Below, one piece after another: positions 48,512 through 57,609 of a DNA stretch of 64,000 nucleotides. Position numbers and translations under genes: made by a program. Origin of the DNA: Chitinivibrionales bacterium (GTDB taxonomy: Bacteria > Fibrobacterota > Chitinivibrionia > Chitinivibrionales > WJKA01); the NCBI GenBank assembly GCA_038247415.1, contig JBBRUX010000018.1, positions 1-64,000 of the forward strand, in the 5' to 3' direction. The notes under the pieces were generated by a model. The model ran no database searches. It was not told the DNA's origin and worked only from the letters and a program-made list of their open reading frames with translations. Each line of letters opens with the position of its first letter. Within the stretch, counting starts at the first letter, position 1.

Positions 48512-50326
48512 ATGCTCGTTAAAAAACATTCATCGCAACTATTTTTGGCCATTTTAGTAATCACAGGAATGCTTTTTCCTGTGTGGTCGATAAACATTAA
48601 GCTCTCAACCGGAGCTACATTTTCTGGGGAGCTTGTCTCAGAAAACACCAATTTCATGGTGCTACTCTCCGAAGGCTCGCGTATCAATATTTCAAAAACA
48701 ATGATCGCATCTATAAATAATGTCCCTTTCGATAATACCGCACCCGCATCTGGGTCTCAACCAACAAAACAATCAACAACTGCTACCTTGCAACCTCAAC
48801 CAACTGGTCAGATAACAAGTCCACAAACAGGAAAATCATTTCACACAGGAGAAATGCTTACCGTAAAATTATCAAATGGTACGGTATACCAAGGCACGCT
48901 TGTTTTGGCAACCGACAACATCTTCATTCTTGACATTGAGGGATCCTCAATCAAAATTTACAAACACCTTATCGCGACTGTCAATGGAGTGCCTTTTGGG
49001 GCACCTGCACCTGCTCAGGTAAAACCCACAGCGCTAAAAACCGTAGCCCCAGCAACAATAAAAGTCGACGATTTTGTAGAAGAAGATTTAGAAGTAGAAG
49101 AGCTCTCAGATGAACCAGCACCTGCAAAAAAAACAATAGCGACTACAAAATCATTGCAGCCAACCCAAGGTACGTCTCCTATTCCTACTGGGTCAAAGGC
49201 ACCCATTCAATCAAGTACCCTTGCGCCTAAACCAGCGGTTGCAAATCCTGTTTCGCCACAAGCCACCGAAACCACTGTACCGCCTGCGCCGATTCAGCCA
49301 AAACCTATAGTACAAGCACCTGTGCAAAGAACACTTTCCTCATCGGAACTTACGAAAAAAACGAACGAATTAAAATCTTCGTCGCCAGCCATTCGATTAA
49401 GCGCACTTGTCGTTATCGGCGAAGCAGGATCAAATGCAGCTACCGCGGCGGAACCTGTATGTAAACTCCTTGGGGATACCGCCGTTTTCATTCCCAGTAT
49501 TCAAAGCGCAAATGATCCTATTCTTAACAGCATTCTTTCAACCATCCCCCTAGCAAAACAGGCGCAATCTACACTTGTCAAGATCGGTAAGGCTTCTATC
49601 AAACCGCTTTTGGAATCTCTAAAAGACAAAAGAGAGTTTGTTCGTAGTAATGCAATTGCAACACTTGGGGATCTTCAAAACCCTGAAACTGCGAAATCTC
49701 TTATTATTTTTCTCGGGGATTCCAGCATAACCATTTCCGATCAATCCACCAAGGCGCTTATATCCATAAACGATGCACCATCTCTTATTGCCGCCCTCAA
49801 GGATAAGGATAGTGATATTCGTAAAGCCAGTGCAGATATTCTTGGTCAACTGAACGGCGAAGCCACCATAAGCGCTCTCATAAAAGCCTTATCGGATAAA
49901 GATTCGTATGTTCGAGAAAAATGCGCCATAGCCTTAGGAGATCTAAAGGCTAGCGAGGCTATACCTGAACTTATAAAACTCTTATCTGACAACATTTCGT
50001 TTGTGCGCCGACAATGTGCAGAAGCACTGGGCAATATCGAAGACACTCGCGTTATGGAAGCTCTCATTGCTGCGCAAAATGATGAAAGCGATATAGTGCG
50101 TCAAACAATTAAAACATCCTTAAAACGCTTGCTTAAAATCGAATTTAGGAAGTATAATGATAATGCTGAATCGCTTATTGAAGCACTGCAACACCCAGAT
50201 GAATCAATCCGACAACGTGCAGCAAACACGTTGTGGCTCTTAACGGAACAAAAATTAGGCGTTGATTATGATGCGTGGAAGTCCTGGTGGAGTACTCACA
50301 AAGATTCTATTAAACCTATTCGATAA
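48512..50326 (+). CDS. Exported HEAT (PBS-lyase-like) repeat protein with duplicated N-terminal beta domain
   Basis: Signal-like start; two ~45-aa repeats; Pro/Thr linker; LKDK...VR...A..LG repeats. Confidence 0.85.
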   Translation: MLVKKHSSQLFLAILVITGMLFPVWSINIKLSTGATFSGELVSENTNFMVLLSEGSRINISKTMIASINNVPFDNTAPASGSQPTKQSTTATLQPQPTGQITSPQTGKSFHTGEMLTVKLSNGTVYQGTLVLATDNIFILDIEGSSIKIYKHLIATVNGVPFGAPAPAQVKPTALKTVAPATIKVDDFVEEDLEVEELSDEPAPAKKTIATTKSLQPTQGTSPIPTGSKAPIQSSTLAPKPAVANPVSPQATETTVPPAPIQPKPIVQAPVQRTLSSSELTKKTNELKSSSPAIRLSALVVIGEAGSNAATAAEPVCKLLGDTAVFIPSIQSANDPILNSILSTIPLAKQAQSTLVKIGKASIKPLLESLKDKREFVRSNAIATLGDLQNPETAKSLIIFLGDSSITISDQSTKALISINDAPSLIAALKDKDSDIRKASADILGQLNGEATISALIKALSDKDSYVREKCAIALGDLKASEAIPELIKLLSDNISFVRRQCAEALGNIEDTRVMEALIAAQNDESDIVRQTIKTSLKRLLKIEFRKYNDNAESLIEALQHPDESIRQRAANTLWLLTEQKLGVDYDAWKSWWSTHKDSIKPIR

Positions 50327-50390
50327 AAAGGCATTATAAGGCACGCTACACGGTTGCCACAACCCCACGTGCCGATTTCTCATTATTCTT

Positions 50391-50996
50391 ATGCGTATTG
50401 TCAAAAATTTTAAAAACACTCTCACCTATCTCATTATTTCTGTGAGTGTAATTCTTGCATGTTGTATTGTTAGCTGTAGTCCCCGCGCTTCTTTTTTTCC
50501 TGGCAGCTACCTTAAAAACGATCGAATATATACCAATAAGGCAATTGGATTCTCCCTCTTGTTCCAAGGCTCATGGAATATCATGACCGAACAAAAATCT
50601 TTTACACCTGTTGGTAAAAAGCTTTCGCTTGATCTTTCAAAACTAGGCGCAGAACTTCTTTTTATGGGATCAACAACCGAAGGAACTCAGGGAACAAGAG
50701 CAATAGCCGCTCATCTTAATCTGCCAGCCCTTACCTATGCCGAAAAAATTAGAGCTGCAAACACCTCAGAAGTTTCAGCCGATTCTGGCATAACCGAGTT
50801 TACTGGCGCTTTGTTACCTATGGTGCGTTGGGAATACTGGACAGGAGGGTTTCATTTTGTGGAATTTTTTATGCAGATCGAAACGTATAATATCCGCATT
50901 GCATTTTGGGCTTCAAACGAAACATTCACTCAATTTATACCAATTTACGAATCGATGATTCGATCAATTGAAGTTGTTTCGCCTACCGTCTATTAA
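50391..50996 (+). CDS. Putative lipoprotein
   Basis: Basic N-terminus, hydrophobic stretch, IVSC lipobox-like. Confidence 0.65.
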   Translation: MRIVKNFKNTLTYLIISVSVILACCIVSCSPRASFFPGSYLKNDRIYTNKAIGFSLLFQGSWNIMTEQKSFTPVGKKLSLDLSKLGAELLFMGSTTEGTQGTRAIAAHLNLPALTYAEKIRAANTSEVSADSGITEFTGALLPMVRWEYWTGGFHFVEFFMQIETYNIRIAFWASNETFTQFIPIYESMIRSIEVVSPTVY

Positions 50997-51009
50997 CACG
51001 TTTAAAATT

Positions 51010-51038
51010 GAACAGAGGCACCCACGGTGCCCCTGTTC
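51010..51038. terminator. Hairpin between convergent genes
   Basis: GAACAGAGGCACC / GGTGCCCCTGTTC with one mismatch. Confidence 0.6.
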
Positions 51039-51052
51039 ATAAACGTTACGTC

Positions 51053-51943
51053 TTAAGCTCCGTGCTTTTCTTTCATACGAGTAAGAACATCCTGCAAGGT
51101 ACCACTAAAGGGTCCTGGTTTTTCCATCTTGATTGATACAAGTGCTGCAGCAAACTTAAGTGAATACGCTACATCATTATCAAAACGTGAACAAAGATAT
51201 GCTGCAAAGGTTGTATCGCCTCTGCCAGTACGTCCGGTAACGTTGCTATTTGAGAATTTCTCGTAGTACGTTTTTCCGTTCACGCGAGCCAAAACACCCT
51301 CAGATTTAGTGATCATGATTTCTGGACAGCCCCAGCTCTCAACAATAAGGGCTGCTTTCTCTAAATCATCGGTACCCGTAAGAAGTTTTGCTTCTACAAT
51401 ATCGAGCTTAAGCTTTTCCATGAGCCCTGCAATTTCTTTCTTTGCAGCAACGTCGGCAAAGGAGATTTCGCGGCTGTTTAGATCGACCTGGCGAACAAAG
51501 CTCTGCATATCTGTTGACACATGATACCCAGCTTTTTTAAGATCATGCATAAAAGGCAAAGAAAACTCCTGATCGGTGATACCTGCCAAATGCAAAGCGC
51601 TGGTCTCTAGAGCAGGCATATCTGCGATAGTGAAAAAACCAGAACTCTTGCGCTGGAACATTTGCCTAACGTCGACATCTGCCGTTGGGTGGATGACATT
51701 CATGTATGTTGTTTCGGGGGTTTCGATAAGAAAACAATCGATCCCGGCGTCTTGCATGGGCTTAAGAATGTGTTCGTCGGCTTTTGCCATGCGAGTTACG
51801 CATGCAACTTTTTTACCTGCGCGAACCGCAGCCATGGCACCACATAAAACGGCACTTCCCGGGGCAATACGTGTTTCGCCTTTGTACTCAACAATCTCGT
51901 CGTAACACATGTGTCCTACAAATGTCACGTCATACTGCTTCAT
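51053..51943 (-). CDS. PfkB family carbohydrate kinase
   Basis: GHMCYD, PGSAV, DMQSFVR, C-terminal GRTGRGDT. Confidence 0.88.
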   Translation of the reverse strand: MKQYDVTFVGHMCYDEIVEYKGETRIAPGSAVLCGAMAAVRAGKKVACVTRMAKADEHILKPMQDAGIDCFLIETPETTYMNVIHPTADVDVRQMFQRKSSGFFTIADMPALETSALHLAGITDQEFSLPFMHDLKKAGYHVSTDMQSFVRQVDLNSREISFADVAAKKEIAGLMEKLKLDIVEAKLLTGTDDLEKAALIVESWGCPEIMITKSEGVLARVNGKTYYEKFSNSNVTGRTGRGDTTFAAYLCSRFDNDVAYSLKFAAALVSIKMEKPGPFSGTLQDVLTRMKEKHGA

Positions 51944-51967
51944 AAAACTCCCTTTTGTTAAAAAAAA

Positions 51968-53320
51968 TCAAGGCATCATTTCTGATCGTGGTGGATTAAA
52001 ATACCCCAATTTTACCTGGGAATAGTTTTTTCGCATATACGCAACCCATACAGCCATACCGAGGGGGCTCTCTTGTGCAGGAATTTCTCCCATCTCTTTT
52101 CCATACCAGAGCGGATCGATATTCAAATTGCGTGTTTGAATCATTGAAAAATGGCTTTTCGCATATAAAATTTCCAGTGCAGCCAATTCAGAAGGCAGAT
52201 CGGTAAATCCGGGGAGCATAAAATAATTAATCGAACTAAAGAGCCCTCTATCGTGCGCAACACAAAGCGTTTGCATAACATCATCAAAATCATACCCTTT
52301 GGGCCTATAATAACTCGTATAACACGCTTTTCGTGCGCTGCTCAAACTTACCCGAATACTATCGAGGCCAACCGCACACAACCGTTCTACTTTGTGAGGG
52401 AGGCTTCCATTCGTGTTGAGATTAATGACCCCACATTTCGTTTGCTTCCTGATTTCGATGATAGATTCTTCGATCAAATCTGCAAACAGGAGCGGCTCGC
52501 CCTCGCACCCTTGGCCAAAACTTATCACGGGCCTATCGGCAGTTTCCAAGTGATGCACCGTGAACTCCACGATTTCTTTAACCGTTGGAACAAAGGTCAT
52601 GCGATCGTGAGCAGCTTTAATGCCCGAGCCACAGGGTTGTTCCGAAATACATCCTAGACATGCAGCATTGCATGAAGTACTTATGGGCACAGGACACTCG
52701 TATCTGCCAAGCACAAGATTGCGCGCGGCGGGGCATCCATACCGAAAGACGCAATCGTCAACAAGATGTTCCACAAGCCGGTTCCCTGAATATTTTTTGC
52801 GCACTGCATGCGCTTTTCGCGCCACCTTATCTAAATCTACCCCATCAAGATCTTGCCGAGAATCCTTGTCGATACGCATTCCAGCAACAACAAATCCTTT
52901 TTTTGTAAAAGCCGCGGCCGTATATGCAAAAAGAGGCAACACATTCGAATTCGCCGATTCTTCATACGCTGCTGTTGCCAATTGCACATATGCCGGAGCC
53001 ATAAACGCTCCAACGGCAAACACCTCTTCGCCCTGATAGGTATCTACGGGAATACATTTTTGTTGAACAGGATCGTACCCAATTGGTTTACGATCGGGAA
53101 GAATAAAAAGATCGCTTCCACACGGAAGCTCTAGTAATAATTGAGAATCGAGAGGAAAAAGTCTATCCCCTGCCATCCCTGCGGCAGCAAGTTCGGGAAT
53201 TTCGAATATATCACCTGATTTTGTTGCGACCAATAACTGTGGATATGCTGCACTATGTTTATGCGAGGATTTTTTAGAGGAGACAGATTTTTTAGCAAGA
53301 GTTGTTTTTGCAGGTGCCAT
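51968..53320 (-). CDS. Radical SAM protein of unknown function
   Basis: CNAACLGC; SFGQGCEGEPL; NLNTNGS; PLFAYTA N-terminal domain. Confidence 0.9.
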   Translation of the reverse strand: MAPAKTTLAKKSVSSKKSSHKHSAAYPQLLVATKSGDIFEIPELAAAGMAGDRLFPLDSQLLLELPCGSDLFILPDRKPIGYDPVQQKCIPVDTYQGEEVFAVGAFMAPAYVQLATAAYEESANSNVLPLFAYTAAAFTKKGFVVAGMRIDKDSRQDLDGVDLDKVARKAHAVRKKYSGNRLVEHLVDDCVFRYGCPAARNLVLGRYECPVPISTSCNAACLGCISEQPCGSGIKAAHDRMTFVPTVKEIVEFTVHHLETADRPVISFGQGCEGEPLLFADLIEESIIEIRKQTKCGVINLNTNGSLPHKVERLCAVGLDSIRVSLSSARKACYTSYYRPKGYDFDDVMQTLCVAHDRGLFSSINYFMLPGFTDLPSELAALEILYAKSHFSMIQTRNLNIDPLWYGKEMGEIPAQESPLGMAVWVAYMRKNYSQVKLGYFNPPRSEMMP

Positions 53321-53469
53321 AAATAAAATTGGGATCTAAAAAAAGAAAAAGAATTTACCGTACTTCAGATATATCCCCGCCTCGAGATAAAAACAGCACA
53401 CGTACGTATGCTGATCGACTTACTTAAACAATAAAAATATATATGTTGGAAGAATTAGTGTTTTGTTGA

Positions 53470-53556
53470 CAAGTATGGTGATGACAATGTGCCAAGCCCT
53501 GAAAGCTCGTGGACCGGGGATCGGTGCGCTACATCGGCAAGCGGTGTCCGCCCTGA
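53470..53556 (+). pseudogene. 3'-end remnant of a paralog of the 55976 regulator
   Basis: DKYG..NVPS / KLVDRGSVR vs DRQGHVPGVCELVDRGSVR; 23-bp exact identity. Confidence 0.6.
53506..53528 (+). repeat. 23-bp direct repeat, copy 1
   Basis: CTCGTGGACCGGGGATCGGTGCG. Confidence 0.95.
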
Positions 53557-54232
53557 TCAAAGACGCAATATCATGTTCACGGCAGCCCGCTCCCAGTTGC
53601 GGTTGAAAAGCCCCACATCCCACGATGCCCAGGTTACTGCATCGTCGGTCTCATGTCTGTTACTGCCCAGCAAACCTGCGCAGGCGTGCGGGCCTAGTGA
53701 TAGGTAGATGCCCACTTTAAGGCCACGGCTGTGGACGTAGTCGACGAGCCGCTTCATATCCCGAAAATTCTCGTTTGGCTGAAGGATACCGCTGCTGTCG
53801 CGCCTCCCCTGCCATCCGTCGTCAATATTGACGTTATGCATAGCCAGAGCGATTCTCGACTCGTGTCATCACCCGAAAGGTCTTCGACTGCTTCATGACT
53901 CCGTAGATAATCCCTAAATCGGGATCGAGGCTTAGCCCGGGCGGTTGCTGGAATGCGGTAGAGAAAATCCCGGTTACGGCTTCCACCAACGATGCGCGGT
54001 GCCGTGGAGGTCAATGAGCATCTCGCTGACGACATGCGTGCCGACACCACATGGATAGCTGGTGCCCTTGAGAGAAAGCGGACTTCCAGCGCATGACCTT
54101 CGAGCATGCGCGCTCCACCATCCTTGGCTAACCAAAGAAAGATCAAGCGCATGCAGTCAGACTGCGTTTGGCAGCGCAACAGCAGATGTAAAAAAACGGG
54201 AATCAGTGGAGCAAACGCGGCCGCGAATCATT
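53557..54232 (-). pseudogene. Fragmented NPCBM - Ig-like - GH27 alpha-galactosidase
   Basis: SQGWW...GVGTHVVSE (NPCBM); FLYRIPAT and GLSLDPDLGIIYG (He_PIG-like); NIDDGWQG, DYVHSRGLKVGIY (GH27); stops and frame changes. Confidence 0.85.
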
Positions 54233-54313
54233 CGACATTCCTTTTTAGTCAAAAAAAACTACATTCCTGAGCAGGGTCATTGACTGCAGATCGTTGTGGT
54301 TCGATGACACCCA

Positions 54314-55696
54314 CTACTGCATAATCGTGATGGATCGCGTGAGGTGGTTTCGTCCCGAAGCCACCGAAAGTCTGTATACGCCCGCACTCAGAGTCCGGGT
54401 GTCGATGGTAAGTGTGTTCGCTCCTGCCCATTGACGCACAAGCCTTCCGCTCGCATCGGTCAGCCGCACAACCGCTTGCACGTCAGACTGAGTATTGATG
54501 AGGATCAGGCTACCGATTGCTGTCAATTGCATTATTGACTTACCGGCCGGAACATTCTGACCCAACGAGGGCTCAATACTGACTGGAGTTCCTGAGATCC
54601 AACCATCGCCGACAACATCCCGTTTTCGAACATCGCAGGTGGTGACGCGCACGTACTTCTCGACAGCTCTGTAATCGGCGGTAAACTTACCCAGGCAGAA
54701 AACACCCGTTCCGCATGAATCCTTCTGTTGGTCTCCCTTCAGCGCGGCTGGACTGGAGTCGAAGATCCGTCCATCCGAATAGTTCCAGATAACCAATGGG
54801 TAGCTATTGGTGAAAAACAGCGGTTGATTGGTCCATCGGGGCAGAACACAGTCATGGTCGTACCCCGCGCTGTTGAAATCGATGTTCCCGGGCATCTTGT
54901 CGATCCGCACATCCCAGTTGTCCGTGCCAAGAGCCGGGGCCCACATCCGGATAACATCATGGTCGCTGCGCAGATAGAAGAAGCGATAACTGTTGTCGGG
55001 CGCCATATTCGGCTGACACCCGAAAGGATCAGCTACATGCCTGTCATATTTTGTTCCGCTCACCATGTCGACGATCTTGGTATTGGGCCAGGGTATCTCG
55101 GTCCCAAGATAGCGCCCGTCGGCGGAGACGCCCAGAGGAAACTTCATTACATCGCTTGCAGTGTAGGCCGTGGTTCTTGCCGAGATGTCTGCGGAGTAAT
55201 CAGCTTTAAGGGGAATAACAGAGAGTCGCTTACCGTCTGCAGAGAGAGTATAGACATATTACTTATCGGTTGAGGAATCGTAGCGGCAGTGAACTACTAT
55301 GTAATCGCCACCGTCAAGAAGTTTGCGCTTATCAGAGATACCCGCGTAGTCCTTTATCCATGCGCAGGTGTTGGCTTTATCTGACCAGATCACACATTTT
55401 CCGCTTTTGCGGGTGATGCGCGGGCTGAAATGATAGCCTATGTCTTTTTCCAGATACCTCTCGACGCCCTCGTCGGTGCTAAATACTACCAGTTGCGTAA
55501 AGGCATTTTTATTCTCACCGTCAGAAGTCCGGTAGGGTTTGATTGGATTGTACGCGCTGTCGCACCATGGATAGCGTATCCAAACTAGCTTCGTTTGGGC
55601 ATTACCCGTGAGAGCAAGAACATCAGATTTCGTATCCGCCGGCACGTACTGCACCAATGCGGCAACTATCAAAGTCAGAAAGCAAAGATATTTCAT
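54314..55696 (-). pseudogene. Secreted beta-propeller-like protein with sorting tail, interrupted by one in-frame TAA
   Basis: ORFs 55259-55729 and 54314-55147 share a frame; the gap reads open (YVYTLSADG...DV); tail DASGRLVR...LSAGVYRL. Confidence 0.85.
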
Positions 55697-55908
55697 ACCA
55701 GCTCCTTTGGGAAAGTTACACATGTGCATGTCATAATTATAGCGCGCTTCTGCTACTAGAATTAAGCCTCATTGCAGAATCTGGGCCAGGTCTGTCGGAT
55801 TATCAGCATCTAATGAACGCTCATGTGCTCTCAGCAGGGCATAGTAAGTGCTGCTTGAACAACCAATTTACCCAGGCCTTTTTATCTAAATTTACTCTAG
55901 CCAACGAG

Positions 55909-55932
55909 TGATAACGTATACTTTGGTTATCA
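55909..55932. promoter_or_regulatory. Inverted-repeat operator candidate
   Basis: TGATAAC-N10-GTTATCA between divergent genes. Confidence 0.4.
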
Positions 55933-55975
55933 TATTATCATTTGTATAAGGTAAAACCTTCCCCGGAGAACCCGC

Positions 55976-57424
55976 GTGCGAAACACCGAGCCTCCTTTAA
56001 CGACCGTTCTTGCCGACCGCTTGATGAGGATGCTGGCTACTCGGTGGAATGTCTCATACCCCACAATGTGGAAGGCGGTTCGTATCCTTGCCGGCAAGGG
56101 GATCATTGAGTCCCATAAGGGTGCTGGGATCTTTCGACCCGGCACATACCGCGCCAGTCATAACGTCCCATGTCCGGCGATGCCCTTTACCGATGAGCTT
56201 CGTTCCCTCATCACCGACGGCACCTATCATACCGGCGAGTTCTTGCCGAAGGTCCGGTACTTCACCATCGGGGGGAAACATTCGGCAACGACTGTTGTCA
56301 AGTCTTTTAGCGAGCTTGCTCTGGAAGGAATCGTGCACAAGCAAGGCAAGCAATGGGTTGCGGGAAAAGCGATGGTGCCAGTTTCGCAGTCGGGCGAGGA
56401 AGGACCCGTGGTTATCTTTCTTGTCCTTAATGATTCGTACTGGTCAATAATGTTCAGGCAACCTTTCACCTCGCCTTTCGTTTCGGCCCTCGCAAGCGAA
56501 CTATTAAAGCACCGGATCGGGCTCACCGTGGCGGCCATCCAGAAACAGAAGAACGAACTGAGCGCGCTGCCGGCGGCCGAGGAACAGATACTGCCATTAA
56601 TCCGCAGGCTCGGGAACCGGTATCAGGGAACAATTGTTACCTTCTTTCCTCACGACCTGCTTTCGCAATGGGTAAAGTTACTCGCCCGGTTCTGCAGACC
56701 GGTGATCAGCTATAACATGACTAACGAGCGAACTAGCATCTCTGCTAAGTCGCTGTCGCTTAAAAAAGGAGCCTTCACCGGGGTTTATCTGGATGAGGAA
56801 GCAGCAGTCAAGTTGGCGCTCGAACGACTTTCCGCATTCGGCCACACGATTATTGGCGTGCCTGTGTACACTGCGACGGGGCACGAGGGGGCCCGCCGGC
56901 GCATGGAGACGATACGAGCATGTGCATTGGGATGCTTTCCAGACATTCGAATAGTTGAAACCGAACAGCTCGAGCCCTGGTGGAAATTCGGCAGTGTTTC
57001 GTCTATCCCCGAATTCGTTGCCTCAATAGGACTCTCGCCCGCAGAAAGCGCATGGATTCCTGGGAGCCCTCTTCCCGTCAAGCTGCGTAAGGCGCTCATG
57101 GAACTGACCCCATCGATGCAATCGCTTGTGGATCACCCGGGACTAACTGCCGTTATCGCGCTCAACAACGACATGGCCCGAAAATACTACTACTGGTGCC
57201 TACTGATGAACATCACCATTCCCAAGCAGCTATCCATGATCTCCTTTGACAACACTCTTGAATCCGTCACTTTTCCGATTACGACAATCGACTTCGGTTT
57301 CCCCAGGCTAGGCTATCTGGCCGCGCATATCCTGATCGGCGATATTCCTGTGAAGACCGATAGACAGGGGCATGTGCCCGGCGTGTGCGAACTCGTGGAC
57401 CGGGGATCGGTGCGGCGGATCTAA
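55976..57424 (+). CDS. Transcription regulator: two GntR-like wHTH domains plus LacI-type ligand-binding domain
   Basis: LATRWNVSYPTMWKAV; GTYHTGEFLP...SATTVVKS; TAVIALNNDMA, IPKQLSMISFDN, ITTID; start uncertain. Confidence 0.8.
   Translation: MRNTEPPLTTVLADRLMRMLATRWNVSYPTMWKAVRILAGKGIIESHKGAGIFRPGTYRASHNVPCPAMPFTDELRSLITDGTYHTGEFLPKVRYFTIGGKHSATTVVKSFSELALEGIVHKQGKQWVAGKAMVPVSQSGEEGPVVIFLVLNDSYWSIMFRQPFTSPFVSALASELLKHRIGLTVAAIQKQKNELSALPAAEEQILPLIRRLGNRYQGTIVTFFPHDLLSQWVKLLARFCRPVISYNMTNERTSISAKSLSLKKGAFTGVYLDEEAAVKLALERLSAFGHTIIGVPVYTATGHEGARRRMETIRACALGCFPDIRIVETEQLEPWWKFGSVSSIPEFVASIGLSPAESAWIPGSPLPVKLRKALMELTPSMQSLVDHPGLTAVIALNNDMARKYYYWCLLMNITIPKQLSMISFDNTLESVTFPITTIDFGFPRLGYLAAHILIGDIPVKTDRQGHVPGVCELVDRGSVRRI
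57392..57414 (+). repeat. 23-bp direct repeat, copy 2
   Basis: CTCGTGGACCGGGGATCGGTGCG within the regulator 3' end. Confidence 0.95.
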
Positions 57425-57482
57425 CAAAAAATCCAAGGACGCCATCCGAGCAATCCCATCGGCAGACTTGCTGGAGTTGTGG

Positions 57483-57570
57483 TGGCGTAATTATTTTCAT
57501 GTATGGCGCAATTGGCTCAATTATCTAGCTTGTGGCGCAATTGGCTCAATTATTTTATTTATGGCTCAAT
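57483..57570 (+). repeat. Six-copy TGGCKYAAT array including a perfect 21-bp duplication
   Basis: Copies start at 57483, 57504, 57513, 57533, 57542, 57562. Confidence 0.9.
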
Positions 57571-57609
57571 AGCCTGTACCGCACATGTTTTTTGCAGAGG
57601 AGGATGTCA

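Noticed and set aside
53754..54179. 141-aa ORF in the island
   Set aside because: Mosaic reading across GH27 pseudogene fragments.
57483..57570. Mini CRISPR array
   Set aside because: The 21-bp unit occurs only twice, spacers are 8 bp and no cas genes are present.
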